DNA from: Octopus sinensis
Taxonomy: Eukaryota
DNA length: 64,000 nucleotides
Direction of reading: 5' to 3'
Assembly: GCF_006345805.1 (NCBI RefSeq)
Contig: NC_043003.1
Location: 106,454,001-106,518,000, forward strand
Shown piece by piece: positions 13,899-26,471 of the stretch (position 1 is its first letter; each line of letters starts with the position of its first letter). A model generated the notes under the pieces. It was not told where the DNA came from, did not search any database, and was given only the letters and a program-made list of their open reading frames with translations. The translations under genes and the position numbers were made by a program.

Positions 13899-14067
13899 GA
13901 TATATATATATATTGGTATATATATATATATGTATAATATATATATATATATATATAATATATATAGCTATATATATATATATATATATTGTGTATATAT
14001 ATATTTGTGTATATATATATATATATAGGTATATATATATATATATATAGATGTATATATATATATT

Positions 14068-14109
<42 letters not shown>

Positions 14110-14137
14110 TATATAGTTGTATATATATATATTGGGG

Positions 14138-14170
<33 letters not shown>

Positions 14171-14175
14171 TTGTG

Positions 14176-14217
<42 letters not shown>

Positions 14218-14775
14218 TATATATATATATTTGTGTATATATATATATATAGGTATATATATATATAGATATATATATAGATATATATATATATAGATAT
14301 ATATATATAGATAGATATATATATATATAGATATATATATATATATATTTTGTATAATATATATATATGTGTGTATATATATATTATATATTATATATAT
14401 ATATATATATATTTGTGTATATATATTGTGTATATATATATATATATGTATATAGATATATATAGATATATATATTGTATATATATATATTGTGTATATA
14501 TATAGATATATATATATATATATATATCTATATATATTTGTGTATATATATAATATATATGTATATATATAGATATATATGTATATATATATATATATTG
14601 TGTATATATATATATAGATATATATATAGATATATATATATGTCTATATATATATATATATATATATAGATATATATAGATATAGATATATATATATAGT
14701 ATATATATATATAATATCTATATATATAATTGTATATATATATATTTGTGTATTATATATATATATGTATATATA

Positions 14776-14816
<41 letters not shown>

Positions 14817-14901
14817 ATATATATATATTGGTATATATATATATTGTGTATATATATATATATAGATATATATATATATATAGATATATATATATATATA
14901 T

Positions 14902-14940
<39 letters not shown>

Positions 14941-15050
14941 ATATATATATATATATATATATTTGTGTATATTATATATATATATAGGTATATATATATA
15001 TAGATATATATTTTGTATAGATATATATATATATATGTGTATATATATAT

Positions 15051-15087
<37 letters not shown>

Positions 15088-15203
15088 TATATATATATAT
15101 ATTGTATGTATATATATATATATTGTGTATATATATATATATATTATTATATATATATATATTATATATATTTGTATATTATATATATATATATATAAAT
15201 ATC

Positions 15204-15234
<31 letters not shown>

Positions 15235-15291
15235 CTATATATATATATATTATGTATATATATATATATATTATATATAAATATATCTATG

Positions 15292-15323
<32 letters not shown>

Positions 15324-15331
15324 GTTATGTT

Positions 15332-15370
<39 letters not shown>

Positions 15371-15382
15371 TATATATATATC

Positions 15383-15414
<32 letters not shown>

Positions 15415-15771
15415 AATATATATATTTGTATGTATATATATATATATATATATCTATATATATATATATCTATGTATATATATATTTAATATATATATAT
15501 ATATATATATAATATATATTTGTGTATATTATATATTTGTGTATATATATATATATATATAATATATATATATTTGTGTATATATATATTTGTGTATATA
15601 TATATATATATAATGTATATATATATATATTGTGTGTATATATATATATTATGTATATATATATATATATATATATTGTGTATATATATATAATATTATA
15701 TATGTATATATATATATATATTTGTGTATATATTATATATTATATATATATATATAATATATATATTTGTG

Positions 15772-15806
<35 letters not shown>

Positions 15807-15954
15807 GATATATATATATATGTGTATATATATAATATAATATATATCTATATATATATAATATTTGTATATATATATATTTGGTGTATATATATATAGA
15901 TATATATATAGATAGATATATATATATTATTTGTGTATATATATATATATATGG

Positions 15955-15994
<40 letters not shown>

Positions 15995-16024
15995 TATATT
16001 TGTGTATATATATATATATATAGG

Positions 16025-16064
<40 letters not shown>

Positions 16065-16080
16065 TAGATAGATATATATA

Positions 16081-16131
<51 letters not shown>

Positions 16132-16309
16132 ATTTGTATATATATATATTTGTGTATATATATATAATATGTATATATATATATATAATATATATAGATA
16201 TATATATATATATATATTTGTATATATATATATTGTTATATATATATATTTGTGTATATATATATATATTATATATATATATATTATATATATATAGATA
16301 TATATATAT

Positions 16310-16352
<43 letters not shown>

Positions 16353-16371
16353 ATATATATATATAGATATT

Positions 16372-16406
<35 letters not shown>

Positions 16407-16450
16407 TATATATATATATTTGTATATATATATATATATATATATTTGTG

Positions 16451-16503
<53 letters not shown>

Positions 16504-16590
16504 ATATATATATATAGATTTGTATATATATATATATATATTATTATATATATATATATTATTATATATATATATATATAATATATTTGT

Positions 16591-16625
<35 letters not shown>

Positions 16626-16660
16626 TTGTATATATATATATTGTATATATATATATTTTG

Positions 16661-16729
<69 letters not shown>

Positions 16730-16833
16730 ATATATATATCTATATATTTGTATATATATATATATATATATTTGTATGTATATATATATATTCGTGTATA
16801 TATATATATATATTTGTATGTATATATATATTC

Positions 16834-16878
<45 letters not shown>

Positions 16879-16880
16879 AT

Positions 16881-16920
<40 letters not shown>
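13395..16920. repeat. Very long interrupted (TA)n microsatellite/satellite
   Basis: ~3.5 kb of TA repeats punctuated by TTTGTG, TAGA, TGTA and TGGT. The 'IYIY' ORFs in the track are artefacts of this repeat. Confidence 0.97.
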
Positions 16921-16922
<2 letters not shown>

Positions 16923-17107
16923 ATTATTTGTGTGTGCGTTTGTGTGTATATAAATAAATCTCTAGCCAAACTGTTAGTTGAGAAAATATTCAAAATCGTT
17001 GCCAATGCATTTTATGCATAAAAAAAGAAAATAATAATAATAATAATAAACTTCGACAAGGCAACAGGAGCCGCGTCATTTTTTTTTGGGTGTTTTTGTT
17101 TGCTTTG

Positions 17108-17113
17108 TTTATT
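17108..17113 (-). terminator. Possible proximal polyadenylation signal of the Mtl gene
   Basis: AATAAA on the minus strand ~170 nt after the stop codon. The motif is common in this AT-rich DNA, so support is weak. Confidence 0.25.
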
Positions 17114-17285
17114 TCATTTGTTCTATTTTTTTTGTTATTTTTTGTTAATTTTTCTGTTTCATTTTAAACAATGTCTGCTTTGCTGGTCTATTAAGTAGGG
17201 AACTGAGTAGATCCGATGATCCATCTTGTCACGGAATTCCAGAAAAAGATGAGTGAGTTTTGATGATGAAAACAAAAAATGAATA

Positions 17286-17363
17286 TTACAGAAGCTGACA
17301 TTTGGTTCTTGGTTTCCTAGGAGGTTGTGGTTGCAAAACTGCTCTGACTGCTTCTTCAAACAC
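17286..17363 (-). CDS. Mtl: Mig-2-like Rho GTPase, last coding exon (VFEEAVRAVLQPQPPRKPRTKCQLL*)
   Basis: Acceptor TTTTTGTAG, polybasic tail, CAAX box CQLL (geranylgeranylation type) and TAA stop at 17288-17286. Total protein is 195 aa. Confidence 0.95.
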   Translation of the reverse strand: MFEEAVRAVLQPQPPRKPRTKCQLL

Positions 17364-17480
17364 CTACAAAAAAACAAAAAAACAATGTTTGACACTGGTT
17401 TTAATAATTTCCCTTTGGGACACCACCCCAAGGCCACTAATTATGCTGGTGAGAAAACAGTCAATTATATTAATGGTGCT

Positions 17481-17862
17481 TGGTGCTGGTGCCAAATAAA
17501 AAGCACCCGGGGTACTCAGAAAGAATGATGGGGAGATAGAGAATGAAAGAGGGAGAGAACAAGAGAGAAAAGAAAGGAAGAGAAAAGAGAGTAAGAGGGA
17601 AAGAGAGAGAGAGAGAGCAAGGAGAGAGAAAAGAGGAGATAGAAAATGCAGAGACTAGCAAAAGGGAAATGTTTTTCTCTTTATTGAAAAGAGTCTCCAA
17701 AAGTGATTAACCTGCTTGAGTCCCCTCTGCGTAAAGTGGTTGACAATAGGAAGGGCATCCAGCTGTAGAAATCAAGCCAAAGTGACAATGGAACTTGGTG
17801 TAGCTCCTGTCAAACCATCCAACCCATGCCAGCATGGAAAACGGATGACAAATGATGATGAT
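17481..17862 (+). mobile_element. RTE-type 3'-end repeat (family C), interrupted by a copy of the Mtl exon-4/intron-4 junction
   Basis: Left piece TAAAAAGCACCC; right piece AAAGTGGTTG...AGGAAGGGCATCCAGCTGTAG to the (GAT)n tail. Insert at 17517-17734. Confidence 0.75.
17517..17734 (-). repeat. Local duplicate of 22115-22303 (last 23 nt of Mtl exon 4, its donor and proximal intron)
   Basis: CTGCTTGAGTCCCCTCTGCGTAA and the adjacent AG-rich intron match 22281-22303 and 22115-22280. Confidence 0.92.
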
Positions 17863-18551
17863 TAGGATTGTGATGATGGTCAGTACTTGAATGGTGTTTG
17901 TTTGAAGGATAAAAGGCCAAGTTGACTTCAGCCTCCAGTACCAGAACTAAATATTGCTCCCAATATAATCTTACGATTGCCACATCCACCCCAGCTCTAC
18001 TCACCTGGGACATCTCTTCTATCCATCGCTCCTATTAATCATTCTATCTCTTCCCTACAGAGAGTAACCATGCAGCTCTTCCACAAGAACCTGTTCTGCC
18101 CTATCCCTTTCTCTCATGCTTTAACCCCTCATCCCCTAACATAAAGCTAACCCCCAGCCCCCCACCAGGGTTTAGAGTCTTGGGAACTGCATGGTGACCT
18201 CAATAGTGTTGGTGGCATGAAAAACAAAAAGGAGACAGGTTTGCTACAGCTGGATGCCTTTCCCGTTGCCAATCTGCACCGTTTTGCAAGCAAGGTAATA
18301 TTTCATGAAAAATTGAAAATAAACAACCTCATTTGTATGATAATGATTCTCATTTACACCCACCATGTGATGTCTAGACATGGTACGCACACACACACAC
18401 ACACACAAATATGATGGGCTTCTTTCAGTTTCCATATGCCAAATCCACTCACAAAGCATTGGTTGGTTCAGGGCGATAGTAGAAGACACTTATCCAAGGC
18501 ACTACACAGTGGGACTGATCTCAAGACCACATGCTTGGGAAGCAAGCTTCT

Positions 18552-18751
18552 TATTTCTTTATTGCCCACAAGGGGCTAAACACAGAGGGGACAAATGGAT
18601 TAAGTCGATTACATTGACCTCCAGTGCGTAACTGGTACTTAATTTATCGACCCCGAAAGGATGAAAGACAAAGTCGATTCGGTGTAAAGACAGATGAAAT
18701 ACCACTGAGCATTTCGCCCGGCGTGCTAACGTTTCTGCCAGCTCACTGCCT
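18552..18751 (-). mobile_element. tRNA-derived SINE family B
   Basis: TATTTCTTTATTGCCCACAAGGGGCTAAAC ... GCCAGCTC, shared with copies at 34501, 53428 and 60016. Confidence 0.8.
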
Positions 18752-20131
18752 TTATTTCTCTTTTTACGTTTACAGCACTAGGTTTCCCAAGCAGTCACCC
18801 ATCTAAGTACTAGACTCGACGTTGCTTAACTTTGGTGATTGGACGAGAACCGGTGCTTTCAACATGATATGGCCTTAGGTAAGTCTCTTAATCACACAAT
18901 TACTTCTTCCCCTGAATAGAAATATTTAATTCTAAATGTCGTCTGCAGCATGTCAGATCAGTTGGAGAAAGATTGAGGTCTGTCCTAAAGAGAAATCTCT
19001 ACTACACAACGCTAGAACTAAGTACCGGCATTCATAGAAATTGCTGGAAACTAGAAGAAATTCATTGCTTATACTATAGTGTACTCTTCACTGCAGCCAT
19101 CTGACTTTGGTTTGGCCAGCTTCACATGACTGGTTTGCTTCACAGATCAAAGCGTTGGTTGATGGTTGATACCGACATATTTGTAACTTGAGTTTCAATA
19201 TGTTGCATACAATAAGCAGCATGCGAAAACAGCTGCAGAGGAGACAAATGTCAGGTCATTGTGTACCACAGACAAGATGACACAGGAATGAAAAGAATGG
19301 CAATATGCCGTGCTGCAAACCTGACCCAGCCCAAGCTAGAATAGCGAAGTGGAGGCTAAAAATAGACAAAGAAAAAAAAACAACAAAACTGTTTCAACTG
19401 ATAACAGTGGAAAGCAGAGTGAATATAGATAGAAACATTAACCGTTTCATGTAATTCAATTGATTTTAAAATAGTTACGAGTTTTGAACAACCAAAGTAA
19501 GCAATGTATGTCGTTGACAGCAAGACACCTGTACCTGCCCCTCTATCACATTTTAATTATCAACACCTGGCATAAAGTCACTTCCATCAATACTACTCCC
19601 CTTTTCAGTTGAGGGCCCTTGTCTCGCAGGTTACTTGGTGACCTCACTAGTGTTGGTGCTATATGAAAAGCACCTGGTATACTGTGTAAGGTGGTTGGTG
19701 TCAAGAAGGGCATACAGCTGTGGAAAGCCCAACCAAAGTAGACATTGGAACTTGGTGCAGCAGTCCTCTTGTTTACCAGCATGGAAAATAGTCATGAAAT
19801 GATGGAATTGAAAAAGTTTTTGGAACATTATTTTAAGTAGCTTTTAAGTTGTGATGGAAAACTTCAATTGATACATAACAGGGATTGACAAACAAACATC
19901 TCTTCAGTATTTAACCCAACAACCAGCCTCTTATATTCACCTCAAATCCAAAAACCATTTTTATTTTCCTCATTTGCAACAACAAATGCAACAGCTCAAA
20001 TGTCATAATTTTCAACTTGTTTCAATGTTTTGTCTAAAAATTTATAGGAAAATAAAAATAACATAACCGTGTGTCATTAAAGTTTTGTCCTTGCCCCATT
20101 GAATATTTTTTTTGTTCATCATCAAAACAGG

Positions 20132-20505
20132 TGTAGCAAGGCACAAGAAGCCAGCACCATTTTGAACAAGATCTCACTGGTAGCCATTGTCATGTGCGAG
20201 ACAAGAACAAGATCTCTCCTGCAACCATTTGCCATGAGCGAGATGACAATGAGACTCTCGCCAGCAATCAGTATTTAAGCAAGAGAACAATGACATTCTC
20301 TCTCTCTCTCTTCTCATACTCAACGCCAAGAAACATTGTGAAGCCAGCAGCTCATAGCGGACTCTTGCCCCACCCTGACTCCACACGCTGCTATAAAGAT
20401 GGTCACTGAAAGTAAACCACATGAACAAGAACTCTGTGAAATAAACAGCTACTGAATTGTACTCCGCTTGTGAACTTCTTCGAGTTCCAGATCCTTGAAA
20501 CTACA
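20132..20505 (+). mobile_element. Possible solo LTR
   Basis: TGTAG...CTACA inverted termini, TATAAA at ~20392 followed by AATAAA at 20440. No clear TSD. Confidence 0.4.
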
Positions 20506-20715
20506 AAAATAATTATAATGGGAGAAGGAGATACTCCACAGGTACCGTGAACCTTCCATTCCATTATACAGGTTTAAATGGAGGTTGAATTTAATTAACA
20601 TTAAATTTTTGTATCATAAAACCAGGCGTCGTCTCAGGTGAGCTGGTATTATAAAGGTTATGCATAGATCTCAGAACATGCAGGTATATGGAATTAAAAG
20701 GACAGAAAATTTCTA

Positions 20716-20900
20716 CCTGTGCCAGTGGCACGTAAAAAGCACCCACTACACTCACGGAGTGGTTGGTGTTAGGAAGGGCATCCAGCTGTAGAAACACTGC
20801 CAGATCAGACTGGAGCCTGGTGCAGCCTCCCGGCTTCCCAGACCCCAGTCGAACCGTCCAACCCGTGCTAGCGCGGAAAACGGACGATGATGATGATGAT
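20716..20900 (+). mobile_element. RTE-type 3'-end repeat (family C), young copy
   Basis: Ends in (GAT)n and retains CpGs. Confidence 0.8.
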
Positions 20901-21624
20901 TGGCTTAACTTTTACTTGACCCCTTAAGAAATTACACAACACTGACTTAGAAAGAAGACACATTAGATAACATAATCCAAGATAAACATTCATCGTTATC
21001 ATCATCATCATCATCATTGCTTTAATGTCCCCTTTTCCATGCTCACAAGGGCCAGATGTAATTAGGTGGGATGGATTTTCTATGGTTGGATGCCTTTCCT
21101 GTCACCAAACCTCACACGTTTCCAATTAAATAGTATTTTCCCCTGATCAGGCATGTTTTTTTATGGAAGACTGGAAATGAAGGACACCCTGTGCATAACG
21201 ATAGCATTTACTAACAATTATCACATGATAGGTGTTAGCAAGTGACACACACACACACAACGGGCTTCTTTCAGTTTCTGCCAACCAAATCTACTCAAGG
21301 TTTTGGTCAGCCTGGTGCTATGCAAAAAACACTTGGCAAAGGTACCATGCAGTGAGATCGAACCTGAAACCATATGACTGGGAATGAAACTTCTTACCAC
21401 ATGGCCACACCTATCTAAGAGAAAATCCAAGTCAAAAACTGGTTAAAACTGGAATGTTTTTGATCAGAGTTAAGCTGCCATTAAGCAAGTTTTCATGATA
21501 AACAACAGCAGATTGGATGGAGAAAGAGGAAAACTAAAAGAACACAAATGGTCAACATTTTTGTTTTCCTATAAATTTTTGGACAATTCCACCTAAAAAA
21601 CACCTTCTGAGCATGGTCGTTGCC

Positions 21625-21835
21625 AGAACTACCTGACTGGCCCTCGTACCGGTGGCACGTAAAAAGCACCCACTACACTCATGGAGTGGTTGGCATTAGG
21701 AAGAGCATCCAGCTGTAGAAACTTTGCCTGATCAGACTGGAGCCTGGTGAAGCCTTCTGGCTCACCAGTCGTCAGTAAAACCATCCAACCCATGCCAGCA
21801 AGGAAAGCAGATGATGATGTTGATGTTTAAAGTAT
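21625..21835 (+). mobile_element. RTE-type 3'-end repeat (family C)
   Basis: GGTGGCACGTAAAAAGCACCC ... CCATGCCAGCA ... (GAT)n. Confidence 0.75.
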
Positions 21836-22280
21836 TTTTGTTGCTGTTGTTGTTAATGGGGGAAAGTAAAAATGGTTTTGGCTTTGAGGATGGAATAAGG
21901 TGAGGACCGTTCAGTTGAAAACTTGATTTTTTTTTTGTTTCTTGAAATGCTATCAGCACAAATAAGTGGAAGTGGTTCACTATGTTTATGTTCTGGAAGA
22001 TGAGAGATGATGGAGAGGAAGAGAGAAAAGGGTTTACAAGGAGGAAGAGTAGGAGGATAGATAAGTGGAGAAAGTGAAAAAGAAAGTAGAAAAAAAAAAC
22101 TGGAAGGAGAGAAACAGAAAGAATGATGGGGAGATAGAAAATGAGAGAGGGAGAGAAGAGAGAAAAGAGAGCAAGGAGGAGAGAGATTAAGAGAGAGGAA
22201 AGAGGAAATAGAAAATGCAGAGACTAGCAAAAGGGAAATGTTTTTCTCTTTATTGAAAAGGGTCTCCAAAAGTGACTAAC

Positions 22281-22441
22281 CTGCTTGAGTCCCCTCTGCG
22301 TAAGTGCTGAACACTCCATGTATTTCACAGCCCGGACCTTGTTAGCCATCTTGATTCCCTGTTCCCTTTTAATCGGAGATAAACCCTGTGAAGCTAGAGT
22401 ACCTATTGCTTCTTTATTCTCCCGTAAATCTATTTTTGTAC
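22281..22441 (-). CDS. Mtl: Mig-2-like Rho GTPase, coding exon 4 (TKIDLRENKEAIGTLASQGLSPIKREQGIKMANKVRAVKYMECSALTQRGLKQ)
   Basis: Not in the ORF track; translated manually. Contains G4 TKID, the Rho insert and G5 ECSAL. Acceptor TTTTTGTAG, donor GTTAGT. 161 nt; phase 1 in, phase 0 out. Confidence 0.96.
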
Positions 22442-22619
22442 CTACAAAAAGAAATAAAAGGAATAAAATTTTAAACTCTACATTTTACCATTTCTTGCTC
22501 CAAAGACATTAAAAAAAAGCATCAATTACGACAAAGATTTCAAAGACAAGCGCAAAATAACAAATATTTGGGGAAAAGAAGAAGAGGAGTAACAGGAAGG
22601 ACAATTGACCAAAACATTA

Positions 22620-23048
22620 CTATTTCTTAACTACCCACAAGGGGCTAAACACAGGGGACAAACAGATTAACCCTTTCATTACTGTATTTATTTTGTGATG
22701 CTCTGTTTTTTTCAATTTCTTTAAATATAACAAAGAATTTAGTAAAATAACTTAGTTATCATTCAGCTAGTGTTAGGAACATAAATTGTGACTAAGGTTT
22801 CGTAGAAGATTTTAATTAAAAACTTATGAAAACAAGACATTTGTACTCAGAGCCAGGGCCGGTTTCAGCCGGGTTGGTAACGAAAGGGTTAAGTCGATTA
22901 TATCGACCCCTGTGCATAACTGGTACTTATTTAATCGACCCCAAAAGGATGAAAGGCAAAGTCGACCTTGGCGGAATTTGAACTCAGAATGTAGTGGCAG
23001 ATGAAATACCGCTAAGCATTTCGCCCAGCATGCTAACGTTTCTGCCAG
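22620..23048 (-). mobile_element. SINE family B with a nested piggyBac-type MITE
   Basis: The SINE continues after the MITE at its GGATTAAGTCGATT site. Confidence 0.8.
22667..22892 (+). mobile_element. piggyBac-type MITE (family 2) with TTAA TSD
   Basis: TTAA-CCCTTTCRTTAC ... GTAACGAAAGGG-TTAA. Confidence 0.85.
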
Positions 23049-25138
23049 GGTAAATCAACTTATTGAATTCTTCAAGGAAGTCTCTCACTCTCTGATGGAT
23101 TCATCTCTATTGCTAATCTATAGACCACAACCAGCTTCTTCAGATTCTCAATGTTTACACTTCTCTATCTACCACCTCTCTGCCTTTCCAACCCTGGCTA
23201 CAACAGCCTCAGCTCTTCTAGACCAACTACATACATACCTCCTTTGCCTGGCTCCACCCAACAACACTAGTCTTTCTTCTTTCTGTCCCTTCTTATTTCT
23301 TTATTGCCCACAAGGGGCTAAACACAGAGGGGACAAACAAGGACAGACAAACGGATTAAGTCGATGAGATCAACCCCAGTGCGTAACTGGTACTTATTTA
23401 ATCGACCCTGAAAGGATGAAAGGCAAAGTCGACCTCGGCAGAATTTGAATTATCTAATTTTAGTTCTGAACCAGAAATAGATGACAGATGGCCAGAGTTT
23501 GATATCAGGCGTCTTGCTCCAGTCTCTGCTCATTTCTATTTTTGATAGTTTAGCCTTTAGTTTTCAAAAAAATTGCTATTTTTAGAATTACAAAAAGCTC
23601 CATGAAGCCACGCTCAGCCATGCTTGCATAAAGCTGAGCACAATTCTGAGATGTTGGTACTTGGTTAAATTACCTCTGTTGTTAGTTTAGCCTCAGTTTA
23701 TATTGCTGTGTTAACCATTGGTGCAGGGCATGGTTGTGTAGTTAAGAAGGTTGATTAGCAACTGCATGATTTTGGATTCAGTATCACTGTGGAGTACTTT
23801 GAACAAATGGCTTCTACTATGGCCTTGGGACAATCAATGCCTTGTGAATGAATTGAGTACACAGAAATCACGAGGAAGCCTGTTGACAGCCAGTGTTGGT
23901 CTGTTTATGTCCTTGTAACTTAGGAATTTGACAAAAGAGAATGATACAATAAGAACCAGACTTAAAAATAATGGGGCTGATTTGTTTGACTTAAGCTCTT
24001 GAAAGCAGTGTCCCATCTTGGCCACAGTTCAATGACTCAAACAAGTAAAAGATTAAATCACCATTCTAGTTTTTTCTTATAATTGGATATCCATTTTTTT
24101 TTATATCAGAATTAAAATCGGTTAAAATTTTTCAAATAAAAGGGAAAAGAAACTAGTGGAGGTCCTTGGCAAAGTTTGAATTTATAAAAGCATCAAAGAA
24201 AGAACAATTGGGATTCTATTGGATTAACAGGTTTGGAAAATATTCAAAGACATCTAATCTAACCAAACAGACTTTCATTGGTTTGAATATATGGATAGCA
24301 AAGACTTGTGAGCAGCAGAGACTTATGGGTAATAAAGGCTATCAGAATCCCTACAGTTCTTTAATTTACAAACATTGACATTATTTCAACCAAAATTTAT
24401 TGACATAGAAGGAAGAACCAACCAGTTCTACAGAGGTAATTTTGAACCAGTGGCGGAGGTTGCTGCATAATTGTTGATTTACTAGAAATAGCAACCAATA
24501 TCCCCTCAAATCATACTCTGCCCATCTTAAGGACATTTAAGATAATGGTCCTGGGTATAAGGTATGAAATAAAGCCAGAATAATCCTGAATGAAATATCT
24601 TTGATCCTATGGCTGTATATTTAGATCTCACCAGGGGTTAAATAACAACAGAATCAATTTAACCAGAATATTGTGAGACAAATATTGCTCTCGCTCAATT
24701 CTTGTTACTAAACTATGTCACTGTTGAGTATTTGAAAGTGAACTGCAGTTACATAAAGAAAGTCTACCTTGGTTCCACAACCAGCTAAGAACATTAGGCT
24801 GAATGAGAAAACTGCAGATATTGAATTTTATAGCTAAGTCCAAGAGGGAAAATAACAAAGAAAATTAACATCTGAAAATAGAAAAATTAAATTTCATAGT
24901 GACAACAATTGTAAATGCTAAACAATTTCACAAGGAAAGAAAAAATTAATGATTTGAGTTTCAATGAAACATTTTAGAATATTTGGTTATCATTCCACCA
25001 ATATTTTTTTCTGTCTGTCATAAGAATCTCTTCAGAGACATTATGCTGAAGAAATAAGACAAGCTTCTATCTACAGTTATACTCATAAGCTATTCTGCAA
25101 ACAGTTTAGTTGAGTCATGTGACACAAAGTTTACTTAC

Positions 25139-25256
25139 CAACCAATATGATTGGTGCATCTGGACAATGGTGTTTAATCTCTGGGTGCCATTTAGTTAGA
25201 ACATTTTCATGTGAAGACGGGCTAACAACACTGAAGCATATCAAAAATACATCAGT
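25139..25256 (-). CDS. Mtl: Mig-2-like Rho GTPase, coding exon 3 ([40 protein letters not shown])
   Basis: [12 protein letters not shown] is characteristic of Mtl. Acceptor TTTTCCAG, donor GTAAGT. 118 nt; phase 0 in, phase 1 out. Confidence 0.97.
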
Positions 25257-26258
25257 CTGGAAAAAAATAAAGAGGATATTCATGCTTTTACTCTCATTGG
25301 GTGGAAATATCATTTTTAATTTTATTATATGAAAATATATACAAAATTACAAGTTGACAATTTAAATTGTTTGCTTGTATGCATACAGATGTTTTTAGAT
25401 ACAATAGTGAACTGGTATGTTTGGTTTTTGCATTTGGTTTGTGAGATTCTTGATGTGAACTTTTATCAAAATATATACAGTTGTATCTTGGGTGGGTCAT
25501 TCTACCAATAATAAACACACACACTGGTTCTATTTTACTACTTTATTTTTATGTCAATTGGTTAATTGTGTAACCAACCAACTAATCGATTGTTTACCTG
25601 ATCATTTCGTTGATCAATCAGTTATGTTTGTTGAAGTCCTTTCATTGCCATCCGCAACCTCTTCAATGAGGTCGTCTCTACTCCAGGCCAGCTTCAGGTC
25701 TGTATGTCTTCGTTTTGTTCTTAGATTATATATATATGGATGTGAGAGGGGGAAGGAGAAAGAGATAACGTGCATGTATATGTGCAACTGCACAATGCTA
25801 TGTGTGTGCTGATGTGCATAGGTGTGGTACACTTGATTCTGTAAGTGAGTATATTAGAAAGAATGTGTGTGTGTACGTACACACATTTGTGTATGTGTAT
25901 GGTATGGGATTTGTGAAAGGAGTTGATGATAAAACATTCATTTCTTCATATTTTTATTATTCACATGATGACCCTCCCAAGAACTGGTATAGATTTGTCT
26001 TCTAAAAACATTAAATAAAACTAGTCCAAGGTAACCTATATGCATTTAAAACATTTTCGAGACATTTCCTTTCTCTGATGAAGGGCTTTGCGCAAGTGGC
26101 AGAACTTTCAGCTTCCCATGGCATACAAACTTATCTAAATATTCTGAGTTTTTTTTTATAAACAATTTCTTTTACGATCAATAAAATTTTGAACAAGTCG
26201 CTATTCTCCAACTTGGTAAACTTGTGTCACTAAGCTAACTATTTTGTTGGTGACATCA

Positions 26259-26471
26259 TTAACTCTTTCGTTACCGTATTTATTTTGAGATGCTCTGTGT
26301 TTCTTTCAATTACTTTAAATATAACAAAGAATTTAGGAAAATAACTTATCAAGAAGCTAGTGTTAGGAACATAAATTGTGGAAGAGATTTTAATTCAAAA
26401 CTTATGAAAACAAAACATTTGTACTACAGAGCCAGAGGCAGTTTCAGCCGGGTTGGTAATGAAAGGGTTAA
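26259..26471 (+). mobile_element. piggyBac-type MITE (family 2)
   Basis: Same TIRs and interior as 22667, with TTAA on both sides. Confidence 0.85.

Noticed and set aside
12145-17021. Many long 'IYIYIY' and 'HTHT' ORFs in the track
   Set aside because: These are translations of TA/CA microsatellites, which lack stop codons; they are not genes.
25190-25212. Unusual His residues in [12 protein letters not shown] of the GTPase
   Set aside because: WHPE is seen in RhoG-type proteins, and one substitution cannot be judged without an alignment. A-to-I editing could not convert these codons to Tyr or Phe.
26075-26097. CTGATGAAGGGCTTTGCGCAAGT, possible Penelope-type hammerhead relic
   Set aside because: Stem II is broken, GAAA is absent and there is no stem I; too degenerate to call.
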